Below, in pieces: positions 53,203-64,000 of a stretch of 64,000 nt of DNA. The notes beneath the pieces are model-generated. The model worked only from the letters and a program-made list of their open reading frames with translations. It was not told the DNA's origin and did not search any database. The position numbers were made by a program, and so were the translations under genes. Each line of letters begins with the position of its first letter. Within the stretch, counting starts at the first letter, position 1. Source of the DNA: Octopus bimaculoides (taxonomy: Eukaryota); contig NC_068981.1 of assembly GCF_001194135.2 (NCBI RefSeq), positions 134,705,465-134,769,464 of the forward strand. Direction: 5' to 3'.

Positions 53203-53565
53203 TACTCTTTTATTAGTTTCACTCATTTGACCATCACCATGCTGGTACACCATCTTGTAGGATTAGTTGGACAAAATCTTAACTCCCCGCAATACTTAAA
53301 ATAAGTACTGTGAGAGGGGAGATTCTATCAGCGTCTTTGGCTGAACTGTTAAGTTATGGAGATGTAAACAAACCAACATTGATTGTCAAGTGGTGGACAC
53401 ACACACACACACATATATTGTTTCCATCTAACAAATTTACTCACAGAGCATTGGTATGTCCAGGGCTATAGTAGAGAACACGTACCCAAAGTGTCATGCA
53501 GTGAAACGGAACCTGAGGCCATATAGCTGCAAAGTGAACTCCTTAAGCACACAGCCATGCCTTTG
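53203..53565 (-). mobile_element. SINE family A, degenerate
   Basis: Head CACACAGCCATGCC and tail TTTCACTCATTTGAC are recognisable. Confidence 0.7.
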
Positions 53566-56230
53566 TCTGTATAATTATGTAATTATTTTATAAAAATGTG
53601 TGAATTATTTTAAAAAAATATCTGCCATGAATTGCAACCTTTTACATTCCGATTTCAAATTACGTCACAAGAAATTTTACCTTTCATCCTTCTAGAGTTG
53701 ATGAAATAAAGTACCAGTCAGATACTGTTTCATTGCGGTTGACTATACTCCTCCCTAAATGTGTATGACCTAAGGTTGGGAGGATCTTAATCAGCAAAGC
53801 ATTCAGACATTTTTAGTTATGTCCTTTTACATACTGAGTTCTCTAGAACAAATTGTTTCCAACAAAGGAACAGAGAGTAAAATGTGGGGGAAGGAATTAG
53901 TCAATTAAACTGACTCCAGATCTTCACTAGAACTTTGACTTTTTTGACCCTTGATGGAGGAAATGTCAGAGTTGGCCTCAACAGGATGTGAGCTCAGAAT
54001 GTAAAGAGCTGGAAGAAATATCACAAAAGCCCTTCTTTGGGTTAACTAAAAAATAATCCTTTATAATTTTGGCTCAAGGCCAGCAATTTTAGTGGGAGGG
54101 TGTTTGTTGATTATATCAATCTCAGTGCTCAACTGGTACTTATTTTTATCCACCCCTAAAAGGGTGGAAGGCAAAGTCAACCTTGACAGGATTTGCATTC
54201 AGAATGCAAAGAGCCAGAAATACCACTAGATATTTTGCCTGACTCACCAATGATTCTGCCAGCTCACTACTTTAAACTAAAAGATTATGATATCACACTT
54301 GAACTGCAATTAATTCATTTGGCAAAACACTTTACTATTAGCATGTGTCTTTGTGTTAATACAAGAAGTCAATATTTAACTTGTAGGAAATATCACCCTA
54401 TTCTATTTTCTCTCTTTTTCCAAACTTGACTTCAATCCTTTGTACAGAATTGATATCTATTAATACCTTTGGCTCAGTAATTAATTCTCAGCAGTGGCAT
54501 CTACTTCCTGCTTTTGATTGTCAGTCAGACTACCTTCACTTATTCTGTTAATGAAATTAGTAAATATGTGAACACCACAACTTCTCATTTTCTGTCTTTT
54601 GTAATTTTGAGGCTTCACCCCAAGAATATTGTTTAGTACCAATTTCTGCTACTAGTTACCTTCAAGTGACTTTGTAAAAATTTCCAATACTTGTTTCCCA
54701 TCTTTTCTGTCATATATTTCTATACCAATGCTTAGATAATGCAATACCTTCTACAATAATAAGCCACAGGTAGTCAGTCCTATCTGGTAGACACAGCACT
54801 ATCTACCGTACTTTTTGTTTTGTTAATGTCTGCAATTATCTTAAACATTTGGGGTCAAGATAAGATATTTATTTTATTTAGTTTAACCCCAAATCCTTAG
54901 CCAGAGATAGTTTATTTATATCATTCATTCATTTGTTCATTTAATAGGTTTTTTCGTGCTAGCATAGGTTAGTGAGAAGCTATTTAAGACAGAATGATTT
55001 TACAACTGGATGCTCTTCCCATTGCCAACCCTAAACCTGTTTTTCAGTTAAGGAATTATAATATTTCATAGCTCTTCAAAAGCACAGAGTGACAGGTCAT
55101 AATGTCAGCAGGAATGTCAACACTGACACCACTGTCTTCTCATGGTGACAAGAGAAATACACACATGCAAATTCACACATACATTTATATCTACACAAGG
55201 GGCTTAGTACAGAGTCTGTCCATCAAATTCACTCATAGAGTATTGCTCTGCTCCAGGTAATAGAAAGCACTTGCTCAAAGTGCTGTTCACCAGAAGTGAA
55301 TCAGAAATCATGTGACTGTGAAGCGTTTTCAGATTCTTAACCATTTTTTGTATGTTTGATTTTTGTGGTTGTAGGAAAATCTAAGAGAAATGAACATGTT
55401 CATCTTCTGTTACATATTGACTAACCCTAACCCATAGCTGTTTTAGGGAGTCAACAATTAATCAGAACTGAAATCGAGGAGAATAACTTAATGTTAATAT
55501 TGTTAGTTGGCTTTGGTTAGTTCTGTCAAAGTTGTAACCAATTAAATATTTTGAGGTGATCCATAAATCTTAGACTTCAAATATAGCAATCTCTTATCTG
55601 AGAAATGCAGGGGAGTTTCTTCATAGTCGCTTGACTCACTGAAAATGCTGCAAAAATCCCCCTCAAGTCACACCCTTCAATCTTCAAAATAAAGACACAT
55701 CTGGTGTAGTTGTAGATACATTATGTCATGTTTTTTTATAAAAGATAGGATGGTTATTACTAGAATGCTTTTGATCGTAGGTCTCCTGGATCATATCACA
55801 CCAAGGGTTAAACACTAGCAAACCACAACAATCTTCTATGTGATCTGAAATCACTAAGCTCATATTTCATTGTGTTTGATTTGACAGGGTGCAATGTAGC
55901 TAGGATCACTTTGCAATCAGTTTGCTCCTTTATGTTGCATATTTCCAATGTCTTAGAACAGTGTTTACAATGGAAATTAGCAAGATAGATGAGATTTGAA
56001 TCTACAGGAATTTGGTATTGCTGGTAATTTGGCATGTTTCATGCTTATTTCGCCATTTTTTAGATACAGAGTGATCTTAGTGATTTATGTTGATTTGTTG
56101 TTAACTGGTACATAATTTTTTTTTTTCCTTTTACTTTGGAGATTGTGGATGAGAACTGTTCTTAAATAGAATTATGCTATATTAGTGGGGAGTTTTTTGT
56201 GTGTGGGAGGGTCCTTTTTGCATTTGCTGT

Positions 56231-56658
56231 CATCATCATTTGATATCTACTTTTTCATGCTTGCAAGAGTCAGATGGAATTTGTTGAAGCAGATTTTTTA
56301 GAGCCAGATGCCTTTTCTGTAACCAGCCCTCACCTGTTTCTGATCAAGCTAATATTTCCCTATGGCTAGATAGGTTTTTTCATGGGGGACTAGAAACAAA
56401 CAACCTCACTAGTATGATGGTGATACTCATTTACAGCCATCATATGATTCTAGCTGAGGGTACACATATACATGCACTCAAATACACATATGACATATAC
56501 AATATATACAACAGGCTTTCTTTAGTTCCTGTCCAATCAAATCTACTCAGAAGGCTTTCATTGGCCCAGAACTATAGCAGAAGACACTTGTCAACATGCC
56601 ACACAGTGGAACTGAACCTTAGACTACATGGTTTCGAAGTAAACTTCTTAACCACACA
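56231..56658 (-). mobile_element. SINE family B
   Basis: Colinear with the 59881-60289 copy. Confidence 0.78.
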
Positions 56659-57876
56659 AGGATAAATTAATCCTTAGTTATGTTAGAAGAAACATTCTTA
56701 GAACATAGCATTAATTTACTGTATTTTCCTGATTTATACAAAACTTAGTGTGAACATGAACAAATATGTAAGTGTCTATGTGTTGTGTTTGATTGCATAT
56801 GTGCATGTATGTGTACAAGAGCATTTGTATGACAGCATATATGCATACGTGTATATCTGTATGACTGAATGCATGTATGTACATGTAACATCTGTATGAT
56901 TGAATGTCTGTGTTGAAAATTTGTCTTAACATTTTATGATTGTTATTGACTCTTCAATTTTCCTAAAATTTCTTTTCTTTGTTTCATGACCTCAAATCTT
57001 AACCACTGTATCAAAAGCATATCCAATTTCTCTTATCCTCTTTTGTTTCAGACAACCATTTTATAAAGTATCATTGAAGTTTTTCTTTCTTTTATTATAC
57101 TGACATGTCAATGGCATTTGTTCTTTTATCCAGGAAATATAAGTTGCTTCTGTTGTTGTTTCAGACTTCATGAAAAATAAGTGGGAAACTGGAAATATTT
57201 TACATAAAACACAAAAAATTTCATTTCCATTTTAACACTCAAGGGGATGCATTTATAAATATAATTTGCATTCCAGTGTTTGCATCTACTTCCACTCAGT
57301 CAGATATGTTGCTAGGTGGGGTGCATAAATATAAAAGAAAAAATCATAGATTAGTAGGTTGGAGTGTAAATAGATAGAAAAGTATGTAGGTAGATAGGTG
57401 GATAATAGGTTTGGTGGTCGGGGAGATATGTAGATAGATTAGGTACCTTGGTAGACAGATGGATTTATATTTAGATATTCAATATTTGTTTTGTAAATAT
57501 GCCAATTTAAAATAAAATTATATATAACAATAAAAGTATAATTCAAAAAATACGTTTTTCTTTCTGCAAGAAGACAAAAGCATTTGTGTGTAATGCACAC
57601 TTCCTGTAAATAACATGATCAATACATTTATCATCAAACTCTTTTTTTTTCTTCTCCCTTTTATTTATTTATTTATTTACTTTTTCAAAGAATCAAATGA
57701 TCAAAAACCAAGGAATATACAACTTATTGAATGTCTGTGTGAATTTAAAACAATTCTGCTAAATTCTTTAAGCCTGAAGAAGTTGAAATAATATTTTAAT
57801 TTTTTTTTCTTCCTCATCAAATTTATTTTTTTAGATTTTGTTTCTATAACCAAAAGGAAGAAAATTTCAAGAAATC

Positions 57877-57910
<34 letters not shown>

Positions 57911-57974
57911 TCCCCCATGTGTGTTTTTAAGTGAATATGTTATTCATACTTTGTACATTATTGTTATTTCATAG

Positions 57975-58025
57975 CCATGTCCAACAGAGAAGTGAGCTTT
58001 CCACACCAATCCTAGGTGGAAACAG
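57975..58025 (+). CDS. Candidate small SLC4 exon (51 nt, phase 2 to 2)
   Basis: U-rich acceptor ttatttcatag, donor CAG|gtatag. Frame-compatible with the 34422-34502 exon, giving (S)HVQQRSELSTPILGGN(R). No homology recognised. Confidence 0.5.
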
Positions 58026-58858
58026 GTATAGGCTTGGTGCATGCATTTCTTCTTTAATCAAATTTTTCTTTTTAAATATCGTTGTTGTTGCTGGTATTGT
58101 TGTTGTTGTGGTTGTTGTTATTGTTGTTGCTATCACTTGTGATAAATATATATATATATATAAATATATATATGTATATATATATTATAATTTGCTGCTG
58201 CTAATTCCAGTTTCCAATCTGTTCTCTCACACTTTTTCTTTTCATCTAAAAAGAAGGCACATTTGGAAAGCAATCATCAACAGTTTATGCCATTTCCTTC
58301 CCAACAACCACCAACAAATTGATTTGAGAAGCCATTAGATGTGAAAAAAATAGTAAATTAAATAAATAAACTGAGAAATGAAATACAGATTGGATTTTAA
58401 AGTCATGTTTATATTTCTTTTCATAATGATTTTATTTTAATTTTCATTGTTTTTTATATTTTATATTTATTTTTAGTTTTTAAAAGAAATCAAAACCAAA
58501 TCACAATCTTTGATTAAAAATTCTTTTTCACTATTTATATTTTGTTTCTTTCTAATGTATTTTTTTGCTTTATTGTACTTTCTTTTCAAATTTTTTTTTT
58601 AAATCTCATCTTTCACACTTGCATAAAATCTTTTTTTATTTTGTGTTTTTATTTCCTTGTTTTATTTTTATCTTTTCTTTCTATTTAAACTGTTGACAGA
58701 AAAGATTTCAGCTTGCTCTCCTGCAGGACTGCAAACATCACATAAAACAAAAACAAACAAAAAAGATCCATAAAAATTTACATTAAAAAAAAGACCAAAA
58801 ACAAATAAGATGTCCAACTTTTCTTAAAAACATCACTGTTGCTTCATAAATAACATGT

Positions 58859-59024
58859 TGACTTTTGACATTCTTGACCTTCTGTTGTTGTTTGGTCAAT
58901 AACTTCTTGACCTTTGACATGACTAACCCTTTAAGAAAGCCTGATAAATATCATGTTGACCCTTTTCTTTACATTAGTATTTAAGGATAAGTAATTTATG
59001 AAATGCCATAGTAACTTTTGACAT
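58859..59024. promoter_or_regulatory. Cluster of nuclear-receptor DR1-like elements
   Basis: TGACTT-T-TGACAT 58859-58871, TGACCT 58875-58880, TGACCT-T-TGACAT 58908-58920, TGACCC 58957-58962, TAACTT-T-TGACAT 59012-59024. Confidence 0.4.
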
Positions 59025-59880
59025 TAGCTACTGTTGATCATAAATGTTTTATTCATCTGTTTTGTCATTTTCCTTCTCAGTCTTTCCAGTATTTATCATC
59101 AGTACTATTATGTTAATCATTTCTGTTATTTTGAGAAGATCCAAACAAATCTGCAGAAACATAGGTGAATATTCTAACTGCATTAACAGCCAGACTTTTT
59201 TTGTTTTGCTGATAAAGTGTAATAATACCAAAACATGTGCAGAGTTTTCACAGCACTACTAAAGGTCAGACTCACTCCTTACTGCATTCTATATTTAATT
59301 AGTTAAAATATTTTCCATATTTAATTAAAATTTCAGGGCTCTCTCCTTTGCTTTTTTTTTTTTTTACCAGAATTAATAATTTAGGTAATAATTATTCTCA
59401 TCAGTAAGGATATCATTTAATCAAAATTTCTTGGTTTATTATATAAACTATGCTAGCCCTCACTTAATTCATTATGTTATCTATCAACTTCTTGTCCTGC
59501 TTTATTTACAACTGTCAAGCTGTTTACATTGTTCTGATCTAATTTTTTAAATGGTATTTTTTTCTGGTCAACTCTTGCACTTTACAATATTCATCCATAT
59601 CAGGGTTTTGTTCTCTTTCTTGTATACAAGAATATAATAAAATCTGTTTGTTATTTGTGTCACATTAACACCATCGTCTGTACCCTCCATACTAATCCAT
59701 GTCTTCTACATACCCACCTAAAAATTTTACCTCTTTTTCTCCAAGACATGAGTCTCCTGCCCATTATTCTCAACCCTTCAAATTACCCAGGATTTAATTA
59801 CCCTTTAAATTCACTTCCTCTCTAAAGAGTGAAATCTTTACTTAGATGAATTCTGTCCAACACTTCTCACTTTTAACATC

Positions 59881-60289
59881 CATCATCAATTATTGTCCAC
59901 TTTTCCATGCTTTTATGAGTTATACAGAATTTGTTGAGGCAGATTTTCATCAGTTGGATGCCCTTCCTGTTGTCAACCCTCATCTGTTTCCAAGCAAGGT
60001 AATATTTTCCTATAGCTAGACATGTTTTTCACAGAAGACTGCAAACAAACAACACTGCTTGTATGATGGAGGTGCTCATTTACAGCCATCATGTAATGTC
60101 TAGACAAAGGTACATGCATTTACATATGTGATGGGCTTCTTTCAGTTTCCATCTACCAAATCCACTCCCAAAGCTTTGGTCAGCCTGGAACTATAGTAGA
60201 AGACACTTACCCAAAGTGTCATGTGCTGGAACTGAACCTGAAATCATGTAGTTGAAAGCAAGCTTCTTAACCTCATAGCCATGCCTGCA
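59881..60289 (-). mobile_element. SINE family B, full length
   Basis: Colinear with 1200-1565, 56231-56658 and the + strand 3' part at 28-175. Confidence 0.82.
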
Positions 60290-61628
60290 TTTGTGATTTA
60301 ATAGAATTTATCAATTTGCTTTTGTTGTTAATTAGCCTTGTTCAACCTTAATTCAGTAGACCAATGATCACAAACATTCTAACCGTGACTGTCCTGTCTT
60401 TTTTCCCAATATAGTGTAGTACCCATGAACTACATTATCCCATATATCCTCTCTTTAAAACAATAGGGTATAAATTGAAGTGAATTTAGTTGCTATTTCT
60501 AGCTGTTCAACTGAATATGAAGGCTCCATTCTTATTTGTGTGGCTAACTCCGCTGTTGTTTCCTTAATTATATGTCTTCAATTATAGATTTTTTTAACCA
60601 CTTTGTCATTATATTTTCTTTTATATCAAAATATTGTACCCCATATATGGCCCGGTCCACACTTTAGAAGTTTGTCTATCTCTAAATTCACACCTATTAT
60701 TGTAAACATATTTCAGTCTTGACCCTGTTTATGTGGTAGATGAGTACTTTCTTTCAGTGTGACACTCCCCACACTCCACTAACCACTAAACCCTAAAAGG
60801 AAAAAATAACCCCTTCCTGTCTTGCTATGAAGCTTCATGCAAGCAAAGGGCACATCCTATAAAATTTAGAAGCAATTCAAAGCCACTGAATTTACCATCT
60901 TCTAAACATACATAACTGGTGACATCCTACCTGTAGGAATGACTGTTGCTTTTTTTTTTATGTCAAGAGGCTTTCAAATATGACTGAACTGAGGGCTGTC
61001 ATTCTTTCATCATGGTAGTTGTTGTTTATCCCTAGGACTGCCCTGATCAAGTAGACTATAATCAAAAGTATTCCACCCATGACCATATCGTGTATTTTAG
61101 TTCTTTGACAAATGAATTGCACCCAGTTATAGTAAGTCTTCATTTCTGCTACTCTTCAACTTACATAGTTGTTAGTATTAATCAGCAGTCAAACACTACC
61201 TTTCCTGTCCTTTTTGTATCAAATTTCACTCTACATATATACAACAGATGCTATTTGAGCTATTGGGACTCTAAAGTCTTTTTGCTACCTCATTCTTCCC
61301 AATATTTATGTTATCAGTATTCTCCTTCATTACCAAACATTTTCCAATCCCTTAATGCCACTTACATTATGCTGTTTATAAAAAAAACTTAGATTTAAAT
61401 GTCAAGATCTGTTTCAGAATGCCTAACTCAGTTATCTTCTTTAGAAACCAAGATAGTATATCAATATGTAAGTATTATTACTCAAGCTTTACATTTAATT
61501 CTTTAAAAATGTCTTGGAAATATCCTCTAGTATTATTGTGAACAAATTTAGATTGACTAAATTTATACAGTTTATACTTCTCCAGGATGTTTAACATTCT
61601 GCTCAGGAGTGTGTAATAGCATTATTTT

Positions 61629-61671
<43 letters not shown>

Positions 61672-63625
61672 ATAATTAAGGGATCAGCAACAGTTGCTTC
61701 ACCACATACCGGAGTTCAGAAATAGCAGCTAAAGTGCTAAAATTCCAACAGATAGCAATACTTGTAACTCACAAAGGCAATGGTGTTTACATACCGAAGT
61801 GCTTGGTAAAAATTATTAATTATTAATTTATTAATAAATTAATAATCCTTTACCTTTTTATTTGTTATATATATATATATATATATATATAATTCTATTT
61901 TGGAGCAGTAAACTTTCCCACAGCTTTGCTGTTTATTTCTTGGTTACTTGATTTTCCTTACAGTACATTAACTTGCCACCCAGCTATTCTGACCAATCAC
62001 AGTGTGCTGACAGTTGGCAATATTTAAGTGTACAAAAATACAGCCAGCTGTCACTTGCAACTGAATATGGCTTGGTTATGTGTACTGCATTGAAGGCAAT
62101 TGTTTTAAGTGCCTATGTAGTCACAAGCAGACATAGATACTCTCTCATTTCTACACCCTTGATCCAGTAGTACACCCAGGATGTGACAGCTAGAGGAAGA
62201 GCGCAACACCAGCAACCAGCTGGTACTCATTTACAGCTAAATAAACTGAAGCAATAAGAAAATTATTTTGCTCAAGGACACAATACATCACTTGGTCCAG
62301 AAACTGAATTTACAACCTTTAAAGTATAAACCACTTTTATTTCACAAAGAATAGAACAATCAACAATCCTTACCTTTATCAATATAGACATGCCAATGCA
62401 AGAGTCTCCTTAAAGTGTATTGTTAAAAAAAAATAGAAGAATTAAAGAATAAAAGAATCTCTCAGACTTAACTTTGCAAGGATATTGTTAGAAAACAATA
62501 AACTGCTATACAAGATTCTGACATACCATGCAATAGCCAGAATCCCAAATCATTTTAGGTGAACTTTGACAAACCTAGCTGATTGAGTGATTGAACAATT
62601 AATCAAACAATTGAGAAGTTAATTGGTTAAATGTTAATGAAAAGAAGTAAAACTAGACCAGTGCATGTGCTTATTATTAGCATAATGACCCTCCTGTGGT
62701 ACAATAAAATTTGCTTCAACGTAAGTTCACATCAAGAATCTTACAAACCAAATAGAAAAATGAAATAAAATTAGTATTTTACTTTTAATATCTTTCAAAC
62801 ATTCCTTTAGTTTGCTTGGATCAGTTTGAATGATTTTCTTATTTTGTTTGTTTCTGTCTAATTCAACAACAAAAGAAATAAACTGAAAATGTTTTATAGC
62901 AACTATGATGGAAATATCTCATTTTAAGCTCACCAACAAATGAATCCGGCATAAGAAATTTCAATTTGTTGAAGAAAGTTAATGAGGGAAAGCAATAAGG
63001 GAATACAAAACATATTGTCCAAAATTTTGAATACCACCTGTATTAACTGGACTATTAAATGTTATACACTGCTGTTATACACTTCCAATTTTTCTTTGAT
63101 TGCATGCTTCTTTTCCAGCTTGGCTAAAATTGTTTAACTAAACCATCTTCGTATCATCATTAAGGTCTTCTGAGTGGTCTATTTTGATTTCTTGGATGCT
63201 GTTTGGCAACTGTCATCTATGAATCTTAATTTTGAATATAATTCCTACTAATTCTAGACCTTTGAACCTTTATTGTGAAATAGTATTTATTTTCTGAAAG
63301 AAACTTCATACATTCAAGACTGTCAGCAACTATTATATTACAAATCCTTTTTAAAAGTCTTATTTTCATTTGGACAATAGAGCAATGACAATAAGACAAT
63401 AGCCTTAGTACCATTGAATATCTGAGCTATTTAATCTTTCTTCTTATATGTGACAGTTGAAATACTGACCCTGAAAAAGTTAATGTATATATTCATTTAC
63501 TTATTGATTTGTAGCATATATGATACTAAATAAGAAATGTAGTTCCAAAAGAACAAAAAGCTTAGTCTCTAGCAAACCTGCTATTTCTTTGATATAGTGC
63601 AAATTTGTGTGTCTAACGCACACGC

Positions 63626-63692
<67 letters not shown>

Positions 63693-63921
63693 CACACAAA
63701 GTATGGAGGTTTATTTCACAGGTGATCTAAATGATTAGGTACACTAGGTTAGTGCTGTAACGGATTACTAGGGCTCCAAGGTTACAGCCAAGATGGTAGT
63801 TATGGAGCCATTGCAGATTTCCAATGCAGCGGATATATAATTGTTAAAGAGGACAACAAATGTTAAGGCAAGGTAGACATCTCAAGTCGTATACGTTATT
63901 ATTATTGGACAAAAGTTCAAA

Positions 63922-63977
63922 GTCTTACAACTGTTTCTAGGATATCTCAGAGTATGGGATATTCCGTCATTGGAAAC
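63922..63977 (-). ncRNA. Decayed type I hammerhead-like motif
   Basis: Minus strand GTTT-CCAATGA-CGGAATATC-loop-GATATCCTA-GAA-ACAGTTGT-A-AGAC. The core has 2 changes from CTGATGA. Stem III is one change from palindromic ACAGCTGT with a GUA triplet. Confidence 0.5.
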
Positions 63978-64000
63978 AAATAAGGAAAATGAGAAGGGTA

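Overview
AT-rich eukaryotic genomic DNA with six N-gaps. The repeat families look like those of a cephalopod, probably Octopus; this is inferred, not confirmed. The window holds part of one protein-coding gene on the + strand: an SLC4 anion exchanger (AE2/AE3-like). Eight exons (2884-34502) splice in frame through GT-AG sites and encode the N-terminal cytoplasmic region, including a 21-of-30 His tract. A ninth small exon is likely at 57975-58025. The start codon and the membrane domain lie outside the window. The introns contain tRNA-derived SINEs of at least five families, Dong/R4-like LINE ends that sit in (TAA)n, an RTE LINE end, a deleted mariner, MITEs, a possible Helitron end and two Penelope-like element (PLE) fragments. 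The main unexpected signal is five minimal type I hammerhead-ribozyme-like motifs from four different element types. They are: a self-complementary ~240-bp element capped by a hammerhead core; a PLE 3' end that runs into a tRNA-like Pol III head plus a half hammerhead; a head-to-head PLE whose two arms each carry a U3-A8 covariant hammerhead; and a decayed motif at the window end. All structures were read by eye and none was folded or searched computationally.
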